A stretch of 64,000 bases of DNA, taken from Gemmatimonadota bacterium. GTDB lineage: Bacteria; JBHIER01; G020348925. The stretch lies in the NCBI GenBank assembly GCA_020348925.1, contig CP070758.1, positions 1,770,030 to 1,834,029 on the forward strand, given 5' to 3'. The notes under the pieces are model-generated. The model did no database searches. It was not told where the DNA came from and saw nothing but the letters and a program-made list of their open reading frames with translations. This document shows positions 29,050-38,302 of the stretch, piece after piece. The translations under genes were made by a program, and so were the position numbers. The first letter of the stretch is position 1. Every line of letters starts with the position of its first letter.

Positions 29050-30138
29050 CTACAATATGAAGGTGATCCCGACCGCGTAATGTCCTTCCCTCTCTTCTCT
29101 AACAGCCTTCGACCACCTCGAAGTTCGGAAATTATATCCACCCACAATGCTTAAGGTACTTATCACATGGCCGACACTGACACCGACGAATATATCGTCG
29201 AAAAGATCTTCCGATAGTCTCGTTCCCGTAACGAGACTGAAAGATATTTGCCTCCAGAATTCTATCTTTGAACGGTTCAGACGAGGCTTCGGCCGTTGGG
29301 GTCTCATTATGTAAAGGTGTCCAAGTATGAAGGGTTCGACCGATGTTTTGTTGACGCTATCTTGTCTGGCCGTCTCGCCGGAAAGAAAAGTCCCCATCAA
29401 GCCAATACTCGAGGTGACCCATGAGCTGCTATAGTTGCCAAATGTAGCCTGAGGTTCGATTTTTGAGTCGACTTCTTCCAATCGGATTCTGTTTATGGTA
29501 TTTTCTGCCAGAGGCAGTTTCGTTCGCCCGTGATAGAGGCGGGCGGAAGCATCGGTCTTTTCTCCAATCGGTATCATGTGAAGAACCGCTTGTGTATCAG
29601 GCGGGCATCTTGCCATCATCCTCTCCCCCACAGTCCGCCCTAAAACAGCCCCGACGATCATTTTCACTGCGGTGAAAAGCGCAAATTCGCCGGATCCAAC
29701 CCTCCGATCAAGGGACGACATCTTAATAACAGGCTTGTTACTGCTCTTTGATACGGAGTCTATGGTTGAGCTGTCCTCGGCCACAAACACCAGCACATAT
29801 ATGAAGCGTTCACCAAAGAGTTCATCCCTGCGTTTATCACCCTTGAGCAAATCGATCCGGACCGGCGTCTCCTCCGACGCAGTTTTTCCTCTTCTATCGA
29901 CGAATATGACAAGGTCCGGCAGTTCGTCATCATACACCTCGCCATAAAAGGCCTGGGGCAGATGTTCAAGTTGGCCCCGCGACAAGGAATCCAGCAGGGC
30001 GTCGATCTTCCCCGACTCGAATTTGACTCTGGCGGCACCTCGAATCATTTTATGAGAACTGCAGGACAGGCTCATCGTAAGGACACACGAAAATGCCAGT
30101 GCAAGCATAACCGGTAAATGTGGCGAACAGGATTTCAT
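29050..30138 (-). CDS. Hypothetical lipoprotein/secreted protein (362 aa).
   Basis: Signal peptide with lipobox-like MKSCSPHLPVMLALAFSCVLTMSLSC. No recognisable catalytic motif. The C-terminus ends ...GITFIL. Confidence 0.4.
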   Translation of the reverse strand: MKSCSPHLPVMLALAFSCVLTMSLSCSSHKMIRGAARVKFESGKIDALLDSLSRGQLEHLPQAFYGEVYDDELPDLVIFVDRRGKTASEETPVRIDLLKGDKRRDELFGERFIYVLVFVAEDSSTIDSVSKSSNKPVIKMSSLDRRVGSGEFALFTAVKMIVGAVLGRTVGERMMARCPPDTQAVLHMIPIGEKTDASARLYHGRTKLPLAENTINRIRLEEVDSKIEPQATFGNYSSSWVTSSIGLMGTFLSGETARQDSVNKTSVEPFILGHLYIMRPQRPKPRLNRSKIEFWRQISFSLVTGTRLSEDLFDDIFVGVSVGHVISTLSIVGGYNFRTSRWSKAVREEREGHYAVGITFIL

Positions 30139-30308
30139 GTTTTTCTCCTTCGTTTCCGACTAAAATGTGCCGCGGGGCGTTCCTCTTCAAAGACGTGGCT
30201 GGAGTAACTCCAGTCTGAGGAGGACGCCGTCTGCTCCACCAGAGATCCTCGCCGCCTGCTGATCCTTTGTTCCACTGTCGCCCTCACCGTTTCGGTTCTC
30301 CTAAAATT

Positions 30309-31388
30309 CTACGATACCTCTCCATGATGGATTTCCCCACCTCCCTCAGGTTCCACCTCGAACGCTCTGGTCTGCAATTCCCCATAAGCGAGGAAGAGCT
30401 CGCGGTACCACAATCGGAAGAACTTCAGATAACAAAAAAACATCAGGATACTGACCAGCACACATGCAAGGCCCAAAAATACGAGATTGGAACAGCAAAG
30501 AACGATGACTCCAGCGAGAATGAAACTCAGAGACATATTTCGACTGAAGCCGTAAAGGTTCAGAAACGTGTTGAGCTGTTCCCTCACCCATTTCTCCTTT
30601 TTGACCTTACTGTAAGCATGCAGGTACATTGCACGACTTATATTTTCAGTCTCCCTATTTATCTCACCGAAAATCTTTGGCTCTCCCCACGGCAACCAAC
30701 CCTCTGCGATCCAACGCTCCTCAATAATCTTATCCTTGGCCAACGCATCCAGAATATGCCTCCTCAGGGGCTCAACGAGAGGTTCCCAGTAGTGTTCGAA
30801 AATGAAATTGAACGATCTCATCAAGAATCCCTTCTTGGGTCTGCTCCAGAACAGGTTGATGCTGGGGGATCGCAACCACTTTTTTGTCACCATTCGCTCC
30901 AAAAGCCAGGCTGATAGAATAGCCAGAATGTGACCTAAGACGTAAGCGACTCCCACCCATAGTACGAAAAAGACAAACCCGATATCTTTTCGAAACAGGA
31001 AGTGTTTGGGCTGAGCTTCGAGAAAAAGGAGATTCGTATGCAGGGCGCGTTGCATATCGAGGTTGTTCTTCAAAGCTTCTAACAGCTGAGAGGTATTTGT
31101 AGTGTCACTTTTCAGCAGGGTTTCTTGAAGTTTAAAATTGTTTTCCAACACCCGTGTCAGCTGCGAGTAGTTTCGCCACGCTTGCGCTGGGAGGGAGGCA
31201 CTTTCCGACTTTTGTTGCACCTCCGGAGTATCTGAGGTGTGCTGCAACTGCGGGATGTGGTAGAAACGTTCCTGAAGGAATTTGCCTGTTACCGGCCAGA
31301 ACCCCAAGATGACCAGTATCAGAAAACCCGGTGCAAGATATCCGAAAAAGTCATACACTGAAAACGGGATATCTTTCATAATGCGCAC
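30309..31388 (-). CDS. Hypothetical integral membrane protein (359 aa).
   Basis: N-terminal TM (GYLAPGFLILVILGFWPV), central TMs (FVFFVLWVGVAYVLGHILAILSAWLL) and C-terminal TMs (LSFILAGVIVLCCSNLVFLGLACVLVSILMFFCYL). No recognised family. Confidence 0.4.
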   Translation of the reverse strand: MRIMKDIPFSVYDFFGYLAPGFLILVILGFWPVTGKFLQERFYHIPQLQHTSDTPEVQQKSESASLPAQAWRNYSQLTRVLENNFKLQETLLKSDTTNTSQLLEALKNNLDMQRALHTNLLFLEAQPKHFLFRKDIGFVFFVLWVGVAYVLGHILAILSAWLLERMVTKKWLRSPSINLFWSRPKKGFLMRSFNFIFEHYWEPLVEPLRRHILDALAKDKIIEERWIAEGWLPWGEPKIFGEINRETENISRAMYLHAYSKVKKEKWVREQLNTFLNLYGFSRNMSLSFILAGVIVLCCSNLVFLGLACVLVSILMFFCYLKFFRLWYRELFLAYGELQTRAFEVEPEGGGEIHHGEVS

Positions 31389-31557
31389 CCTCCTCGTATG
31401 AACGGGTTTTATTCTCGAATCCCAGCTCTTGGCGCAAGACGTCGAAACTTCGGTCTGCAGGGAGACGATTGAATTACCTTACTGGCTCAAGTCGAAGGAT
31501 GAAAGCTGTTGAAACGGTCGAAAAGCGAACCTCGTGTTGTAATCATCAATACGAAAA

Positions 31558-31763
31558 TATAATCCCAATATAGTCCCTGTCAAGACATATCCATTCCGTG
31601 AATAATAAGAGCGATCCGAAATACTGTCGGGCAGAAGGTGAGGACACTGATCGATGAGGAGACGAAGGTTGGATATTATTCTGCCACCTGGGACGGAAAG
31701 GATAATCGAGGACAGATCGTGGCCAACGGCATATACCTGTGCGGTCTTAAGACACTTTATTTC
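31558..31763 (+). pseudogene. Orphan, decayed remnant of a T9SS C-terminal sorting domain. It covers only the last ~65 codons of a lost cargo gene and is interrupted by a stop and a frameshift.
   Basis: Frame A (31558-31602) reads YNPNIVPVKTYPFRE* (compare NYPNPFNP...SF.L). After a TGA and a frame change, 31602-31763 reads IIRAIRNTVGQKVRTLIDEETKVGYYSATWDGKDNRGQIVANGIYLCGLKTLYF. This matches the CTDs of the intact cargo proteins here (e.g. VTLSVYNVLGQMVRTLVSGECDPGEHVVSWDGTD..LPSGVYFSRI). There is no upstream ORF in the same orientation. Confidence 0.4.
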
Positions 31764-31805
31764 AGCTCGGTACGGAGGATGACTTCGGTCGGGGAGGAAC
31801 ACATT

Positions 31806-32894
31806 TTATTCGGCGTCCCCTTTAACAATATACTCGGCCATCTTCCCGAAGTAACTGGCCACTTCAGGCGCTTCGATTCCCGTTTCCCTCAAGGCGCTCG
31901 AGTTGTCGAACTTCAGTTCGCTCGACATATAGGGCAGATAGAGTCGAATTTCATCAACCGCGTCGCGCTCCCCCCGGGAGAGTCTGTTCTCCATTTGGGA
32001 GACATAAGCGAGAAACTCCTCCGGAGGAATCAAGGCAAACGGATCCCGCCCGAAATGATGGCCGGCAAGATCCCTGATCTCCCCGAGCGTCGTTGTCTTA
32101 TTCAATCCGGCCGTCAGATGGTAGCATCTGCCGAGACTGGCTCTGTTCGCGGAAAGAGAATATACGGCGTCCGAGACATAATCCACCGGCACGAGATCGA
32201 GCGGGGATGATGGGTAGCCCGGAAGCATTTTCAACAGGCCGAGAGAGTACATTCTCAGTACTCTGTAGAATCCATTGTAACTCGAGGCCCTTCCCGTCCT
32301 GGAATCGCAAATAACGATGCTGAGACGGTGAATCGCTATCGGCAATTGGCTCATACGCTCCCTGACGATTTTCTCCGCCTCAAATTTGCTCCTCTCGTAC
32401 GTATTGTTGTGCTGCTGCCCCCTATCCAGCTCATCCTCTTTAATGATGCCCTTTCGTCTCCCCGCCACATACGCTGTGCCAATGTAATCGACTCTCTCCA
32501 AACCCTTGCACGTCCGTGCAAAATCGAGAACGTTCACTGTACCGCCCACATTCGTTTTTCGCGCGTCCTCAAGCTCGAGATCAAATCGTGCGGCGGCGGC
32601 ACAGTGCAGGACGTGGCAGATTTTCTCCCCCAACCCTTCATACGCCTCACGTTTCAACCCAAAGCTATCCAGGGAAACATCACCTTCCAAGACCTCGATC
32701 CGCCCGGAAAAACGCGAAATATCCTCATCAGGATAGAACCCGGTAAGGACGCGTTCTATTCTGTCGCGGGGACGCTCTTCATGTCTGCTTCTCACCAGCA
32801 GATGTATTTTATTGTCAGTACAGTCCAGCCACTTCTGCAGCAAGCTGCTTCCAATATATCCGGTAACGCCAGTCAACAACATCTCTCCGGTCAT
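31806..32894 (-). CDS. NAD(P)-dependent thioester-reductase-like (NAD_binding_4 / 'male sterility' family) epimerase/dehydratase-fold protein.
   Basis: N-terminal Rossmann motif LLTGVTGYIGSSLL. HLLVRSR...RIE, YxxxK-type active-site context GTAYVAGRRKG...YNNTYERSKFEAEKIV. It overlaps the upstream acyl-CoA ligase gene by 4 nt. Confidence 0.7.
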   Translation of the reverse strand: MTGEMLLTGVTGYIGSSLLQKWLDCTDNKIHLLVRSRHEERPRDRIERVLTGFYPDEDISRFSGRIEVLEGDVSLDSFGLKREAYEGLGEKICHVLHCAAAARFDLELEDARKTNVGGTVNVLDFARTCKGLERVDYIGTAYVAGRRKGIIKEDELDRGQQHNNTYERSKFEAEKIVRERMSQLPIAIHRLSIVICDSRTGRASSYNGFYRVLRMYSLGLLKMLPGYPSSPLDLVPVDYVSDAVYSLSANRASLGRCYHLTAGLNKTTTLGEIRDLAGHHFGRDPFALIPPEEFLAYVSQMENRLSRGERDAVDEIRLYLPYMSSELKFDNSSALRETGIEAPEVASYFGKMAEYIVKGDAE

Positions 32895-34615
32895 ACCTCA
32901 CCCCTTTCACAGTGATCGTACAGGGCATCAATTTCTTTTTGATATCGCTCGACGATTTTGCTTTTTCTGAGCTTCAGGGTCGGCGTCAGCAGCTCATTCT
33001 CCACCGTGAATTCCTCCGACAGCAGGGCAAACGCTCTCACCTTTTCATACGATGCCAGATCGGCCGTCGCAGTTTCTATCTCACTCCCGATGAGTTCTTT
33101 CACTTCATCCGTCTCTAAAAGGGCCGCATAATTGCCACAGGCAATGGCCCTGTCCCGGGCGTAACTGGAAATGAACTCCCTGTCCGGTACAATCAGGGCT
33201 ACAATATATTTTCTCTTGTCACCGTACAGGACGGCCTGGGCAATATACCTGCTCATCGTCAGGCGTGCCTCGATGGGCGCGGAGGCAATCTTCTTGCCAT
33301 AGGAGGTGACAATGAGCTCCTTTATCCTGCCGGTAATGATGAGATTTCCGTCTTCATCGAACCGGCCTTGATCGCCGGTATGAAACCAGCCGCCCCTGTC
33401 GATCGCCCCCTCCGTCTCCCCAGGCTTGTTCAGATAGCCCTTCATCACATTGGGGCCCTTCACCAGGATTTCGTCGTTCTCGCCGATGGCCACTTCAATC
33501 CCATCCAGAGGTCTGCCCACGGTCCCGAGTTTGCGATCCTTCAAGGTATGACAGCACACGATGGGCGACGTTTCCGTAAGGCCGTATCCCTCCATGATGT
33601 GAAATCCTAAAACATGAAGAACCTTGGCGATCTTTGGGTCGAGGGGTGCACCCCCTGAGGCGATGATCCTCAGCCTCCCGCCCGCAATTTTGCGAAATGT
33701 TGACGCGATGAAGGCGTTGAAAATACCGCATCTCACTTTGAGTCCCAGAGGCACACTCTTCCTTTTGTAGGTGAGATTGGCATACGTATTGAGGTCTCTG
33801 ATCGCGGCAGAAACAAGGGCCCTTTTCACGAACGAACTTCCCTCCACTCTTTTCACGACCTCATCGTACGCTTTTTCTATCACCCTTGGGACGGCCAGGA
33901 GTATGGTGGGACGGATCGTCGCGACATCCTGAGCGAGGGTGGACAGGTTCTCGGCGTAGGCGATGCTCGCCCCGGCAAAGAGCATGGCGTAATAGCCGCA
34001 CGTCCTTTCGAACATGTGAGAGAGAGGGAGATAGGAGACGACAACATCCTCATCATGTGCACGGCATCTTTTCTTTATCGACAGCGCGTTGGAGACGATG
34101 TTGCCGTGGGTCAGGACGACACCTTTCGGTTCACCGGTCGTACCGGAGGTGTAGACAACAGTCGCCACGTCATCACAGGAGATATCATCATGGTCGGGTA
34201 CTCCGGTTTCATCCTTTTTCAAATCAGTAAAACACAAAAAATCCTGTTCAGCGCTGATACCTGAATCGTCGAAGAGCACGATCTTTTCGAGATTCGGCGT
34301 TTCACTCCGAATGCTACCGATACCGGTAAAGAGCCCGGCATTTTCGACAAAGATCATTCTCATCTTTGAATCATTTAGAATGTACCTCACGTGGGGAGGG
34401 GGCAGCGTGGGATAAATGGGCACGACGACACCCCCCAGTTTCAGAGTTGCCAGATCGGCAATGGCCCACTCCGGCCGGTTGTGAGAAAAAATGCCAACCA
34501 CATCCCCCTTCTCCAGCCCCATGCTCTCGAGAGATGAAGCGATCCTCTTTATGCGCTCACTCAACTCCTTGTACGTGATGCCTCGATATTCTTTGTCCTT
34601 GCCCTTGTAAAGCAA
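32891..34615 (-). CDS. Long-chain fatty-acid--CoA ligase (AMP-binding superfamily).
   Basis: AMP-binding motifs: VVYTSGTTGEPKGVVLTHGNI, EGYGLTET, GWFHTGDQGRFDEDGNLIITGRIKELIVTSYGKKIA. Confidence 0.85.
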   Translation of the reverse strand: MLYKGKDKEYRGITYKELSERIKRIASSLESMGLEKGDVVGIFSHNRPEWAIADLATLKLGGVVVPIYPTLPPPHVRYILNDSKMRMIFVENAGLFTGIGSIRSETPNLEKIVLFDDSGISAEQDFLCFTDLKKDETGVPDHDDISCDDVATVVYTSGTTGEPKGVVLTHGNIVSNALSIKKRCRAHDEDVVVSYLPLSHMFERTCGYYAMLFAGASIAYAENLSTLAQDVATIRPTILLAVPRVIEKAYDEVVKRVEGSSFVKRALVSAAIRDLNTYANLTYKRKSVPLGLKVRCGIFNAFIASTFRKIAGGRLRIIASGGAPLDPKIAKVLHVLGFHIMEGYGLTETSPIVCCHTLKDRKLGTVGRPLDGIEVAIGENDEILVKGPNVMKGYLNKPGETEGAIDRGGWFHTGDQGRFDEDGNLIITGRIKELIVTSYGKKIASAPIEARLTMSRYIAQAVLYGDKRKYIVALIVPDREFISSYARDRAIACGNYAALLETDEVKELIGSEIETATADLASYEKVRAFALLSEEFTVENELLTPTLKLRKSKIVERYQKEIDALYDHCERGEV

Positions 34616-35496
34616 AGCCGCTTTTCCGGGATAGAGCGAGGCAGCTTCGCAAAAGAGTCCGTAAAGAGTTTGAGTTCTATGTTCTCTCTGAGTTGTTATT
34701 TGTATCCTCCTGTTTTTAAGATCGCCCTGGGATTCCTGGCCCTGAGTGAAACTCTATGGGACCTCTGCCCCGATGAAGAACTTCGTTTAGCTTGTAAATC
34801 TCATAACACTTTCGTCGTCAACGAGCCGATTGCTAAAACGGCTCGACTCGGCAGCGTTTCCTGGGAATCTTTCGCTTTTATGGGCCGTGAAGCCCGTGGA
34901 TTATGCGCGGTACCACTTCAAAGGAATTGCTGGAAGTCTTTTAAGTGTTTGGGTTTTTGGGTCCACAATGATTCCAACAGAGTCAAGGGCAATAACCCCT
35001 GATATGGGCTCGACATCATCAGGGCCGAAGATGATTCTGCCTGCAGTGATATCATCCATGAACTCCAAAACGCAGGCCCAAATTCCAATTCTCTCGGAGT
35101 TCCTTCAGTCGGTTCATAGGTAGTTTTACCTACAGGCATAATCCCTGTTTTCTTGAGCTCCTTTGCGGGAGCGAGACAATCGGACTCCCGGTATAAACCG
35201 AGAAATCTGCCTCACACTTTCCTGGTGAGTCGACTTTGCCCTGACCGTAACCGTAACATACCTCAATCCCATCGTAATCCCTCCCTTACGTATATTAGAT
35301 CCAGACTCGATATTAATAACTTAATACGTGAAAAATCATCCCATTGCACTTTTCCTAACAAATGCAGCACAAACTGTTCTTCACAACAGCGTAATTTTTG
35401 CATGCTAAGTAAAGTCCGTTTTATTATATGTGCAGAGCGCAATAATAATAGTGGGTCGAAATGATTTTGCCAACTCATTTCCAACCTGGTTTATTC

Positions 35497-35608
35497 ATGA
35501 GCTGTCATTCCGGCTGGAATGCCGGAATCTCCTCGATTGATGCACCGGGTTCTCTATTCAGGAGATTCCGGGATAAACCCGGCATGACAGAGTATACAAT
35601 TGCGGGAG
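35497..35608. repeat. Roughly 110-bp nested palindromic element with TGTCAT termini, similar to a REP/MITE-like repeat family.
   Basis: Left arm: ctgtcattccggctggaatgccggaatctcc. Right arm reverse-complement: ctgtcatgccgggtttatcccggaatctcc. Inner perfect 11-bp inverted repeat: ccggaatctcc/ggagattccgg. Each arm also contains its own hairpin (attccggc-tggaat-gccggaat). It lies in a 1.1 kb non-coding gap. Confidence 0.5.
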
Positions 35609-35717
35609 ATACTACCGAACAAAGCTCAACACCAGTATTCATTATAATTCCATAAATATATTCGTGTTACGTTGCGTTTGCAGTGGTTTTTTAAAATTAT
35701 CCAGGCTAAATCCCAAA

Positions 35718-36104
35718 TCATGCCATCGCCACACACTCGATCTCAATTTCGACGTCCTTGGGCAGTCGGGCGACCTGGACGGCGGAGCGGGCGGGTGGGT
35801 TCTTCCCAAAATATTGATCATAGACCTCATTCATGGCGGCAAAGTCGTCCATGTCTTTCAAAAAGACCGTCACCTTCACCACTTTGTCGAGACTCGATCC
35901 CCCGGCCTCAAGGAGGGCCTTGAGGTTCTCCAAAACCCGCCTCGCCTGTACCTGAATATCACCGGAAACAAGCTCTCCTGTCTCAGGATCCATCGGAATC
36001 TGACCGGCCGTAAACAACAATTCACCGCTGCCTACCTTGACAGCCTGACTGTACGGCCCAATCGCCGCCGGGGCCTTGTCGGTTTGGATGACCTTTTTTG
36101 ACAT
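35718..36104 (-). CDS. ridA: RidA (YjgF/TdcF) family reactive enamine/imine deaminase.
   Basis: 128 aa. [49 protein letters not shown] are the RidA signature. Confidence 0.85.
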   Translation of the reverse strand: MSKKVIQTDKAPAAIGPYSQAVKVGSGELLFTAGQIPMDPETGELVSGDIQVQARRVLENLKALLEAGGSSLDKVVKVTVFLKDMDDFAAMNEVYDQYFGKNPPARSAVQVARLPKDVEIEIECVAMA

Positions 36105-36313
36105 GGTTTTTTCCTTTCTTTGCGTTACGTGTTTCGTTTTTTGGATCCTTGTTGTAAAATATAATATACTGTTTTACCCTGTTGACCGCAAATACGAACT
36201 TAGTTCCCTTTGAAGGTTCGGCCCTATGAAATTTAGGATATTGGCTACAGTCTTTGTGGTGCATATTGTGCGGTGCGTGTTTTTGACTGTGACTGTGGGA
36301 TTTCGGATTTGTC

Positions 36314-38269
36314 CTAAAAGACGGGGTTGCATTCGAATTGAATGCCGAACCTGCGATCGTCCTCCCTATCACCCTCGTAGAAACGGGTCATCGAGTACTT
36401 AAAAGCCATTCGGGCGGCGCGACCCAATTTTACCTTGGCCAAAACATACCACCGCATTCCCTCACCATAGAAACCCGAATTTGTCATCAAGCCCGGTAAA
36501 TCGTTTTCGAACTCGTAGATGCGGCTGTCATACGAGTCCGTTTCGAAGAGGACAATCCTGGTATCCAGAGTCATCCACTTCTTTGGGCAAAGACGCAGGT
36601 CACCGGAGAGGAGCCATCCGGTCTCTGTGACCGACAGATCAGGATATCCCACCCGAACGCTCTCCCACCTTCCGCGAAGTCTTCCCGCCTCGGAGAACTC
36701 CCAGTCGACTTGCCCTCTCACATTGACCTGCTGTCTCCCCGTATTCTTTGATTGTCCCTCGCCGACGCTTTTATTCGTCTCCTTGTTCTTCAAACGAAGA
36801 CGGACGGTCGCGAGCATTCCGCCGGCAACTCTCCGTTCGGCCTGCGTCCAGAATTCCTGACGTGTGGGCGGCATTTTCTCATAATAGTGTCGCCACGGAT
36901 TCCTCAGTCTATCAACATAGGCCCTCAATCTCGTTCCCGAATCCGGTTGATACACGAAACCGAGCAGAGCACCGCATTCATTCTGCGTCTCGTCCGGCTT
37001 CTCGGCAAAGGCATAGTTGTGTCGGTTATAAAAGTGCGGCTCGTAGTTTCGCACGAGGGCATCGATCTCTATTCGATCGAAGTCAATGATGAGTCCCATG
37101 ACCATCCCTGAGCCCGAACCCTCTGTCCTCGAGATCTCCCCAAACAGGTTCAAACGGCGACAATAGAGATCGAAATTGATCCCAGCCACAGTATTGGACC
37201 CTCCGCGAAAAGTAAAACGTTTCCGCTCCGTATCCTTCGGATCGAAGACATGATCGTACCCGCTGTGATAAAGGCAGACACCCACATTTCCCCAGCTTCC
37301 CCCTTCATAAGAAAAATGGGCCCCGTAGAGATCCTCCTTCAGAGTATCCCTTTTTCGCTGTTCGGTTTCCGTTCGATGGAGGCCGCTTTCATAGACACTG
37401 CTGACCGTGCTGTCGGAATTGAAGGTGGCATCCACTCTCGCTTGCGAACCGAAGAGTGAAAAGGTAATACCCCTCACAGAACCACTGCAGCCCAATCCGA
37501 AGAACGGACCGGTTTCGGAAGTGGAAGTGTTGGCTCCCACTCCCCTCTCCCGCTTCTTCAAGGACGAAGGAAACGAGGCTCCCTTGAACCCTCCGGAATA
37601 CGCGCCTAAGACAAGCCCCTGACCGAAATCGAGTCGAAAGTTTCCGAAGATGATCCTATCAAAGACATGCCATCGCTCAATTTCAAGAGAAGAGACCCTA
37701 TGATCGCTCAGGGACTTTTCATCGGCGTCCTTCTCCGTGACTACACATATTGTGATACGATCGGAAATGCTCGCTTCACCCCTGGTATACACTTTCTCCT
37801 GGAAAAGGAATTGGTCCCCTTCGATCTCCTCCGAGGACGCGCCATGCAGGATCCGCGTCCGCAGTCTGCCTGACACAGCCGGCAGACTGCGCTCGGCCTT
37901 CAACCTCACAAAGGGTTCTATTGCTTCCAGCAGATCTTCATCAACCCCCGAAATTCCCTGGAGGTCGGAAAGGCATCTGAAAGGACCGAATGCCCGCCTG
38001 TGCTTCACGATCTCTTGGGCCTGAACCGGGGAAAGATAGGGGATGCGCTGCAGTTCGGGGGCCGAGGCCGCATTGAGGTCAATCGGGTGTTCTTTCAATT
38101 CAGCCAGGCGCTCGAGCAGTTCAGACTGATCCGAGGTTTCCCCTTCGGACTCCAAAAAATCCTCATATTCCTCCTGGGCGTTGACATTGGCGTAACAGCA
38201 CAATGCAACCACAGAAATAAGCGCAATAAAAGGATATCCCCAATTTTTTTTCATGCGATGTACGAGCAA
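36314..38269 (-). CDS. Secreted protein with an N-terminal ComEA-like helix-hairpin-helix DNA-binding motif fused to a large predicted outer-membrane beta-barrel.
   Basis: Signal peptide MKKNWGYPFIALISVVALCCYANVNAQ. HhH: IDLNAASAPELQRIPYLSPVQAQEIVKHRRAFGPFRCLSDLQGISGVDEDLL. About 450 aa of alternating beta-strand pattern ending ...FGIQFECNPVF with a terminal Phe. Confidence 0.55.
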   Translation of the reverse strand: MLVHRMKKNWGYPFIALISVVALCCYANVNAQEEYEDFLESEGETSDQSELLERLAELKEHPIDLNAASAPELQRIPYLSPVQAQEIVKHRRAFGPFRCLSDLQGISGVDEDLLEAIEPFVRLKAERSLPAVSGRLRTRILHGASSEEIEGDQFLFQEKVYTRGEASISDRITICVVTEKDADEKSLSDHRVSSLEIERWHVFDRIIFGNFRLDFGQGLVLGAYSGGFKGASFPSSLKKRERGVGANTSTSETGPFFGLGCSGSVRGITFSLFGSQARVDATFNSDSTVSSVYESGLHRTETEQRKRDTLKEDLYGAHFSYEGGSWGNVGVCLYHSGYDHVFDPKDTERKRFTFRGGSNTVAGINFDLYCRRLNLFGEISRTEGSGSGMVMGLIIDFDRIEIDALVRNYEPHFYNRHNYAFAEKPDETQNECGALLGFVYQPDSGTRLRAYVDRLRNPWRHYYEKMPPTRQEFWTQAERRVAGGMLATVRLRLKNKETNKSVGEGQSKNTGRQQVNVRGQVDWEFSEAGRLRGRWESVRVGYPDLSVTETGWLLSGDLRLCPKKWMTLDTRIVLFETDSYDSRIYEFENDLPGLMTNSGFYGEGMRWYVLAKVKLGRAARMAFKYSMTRFYEGDREDDRRFGIQFECNPVF

Positions 38270-38302
38270 CGTCTGACGAAACGATCGACTTCATAAGAAA
38301 CA

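Noticed and set aside
31638-32210. 190-aa plus-strand ORF.
   Set aside because: Only its first ~42 codons (the T9SS CTD remnant) are meaningful. The remainder is antisense to the well-supported reductase gene 31806..32894.
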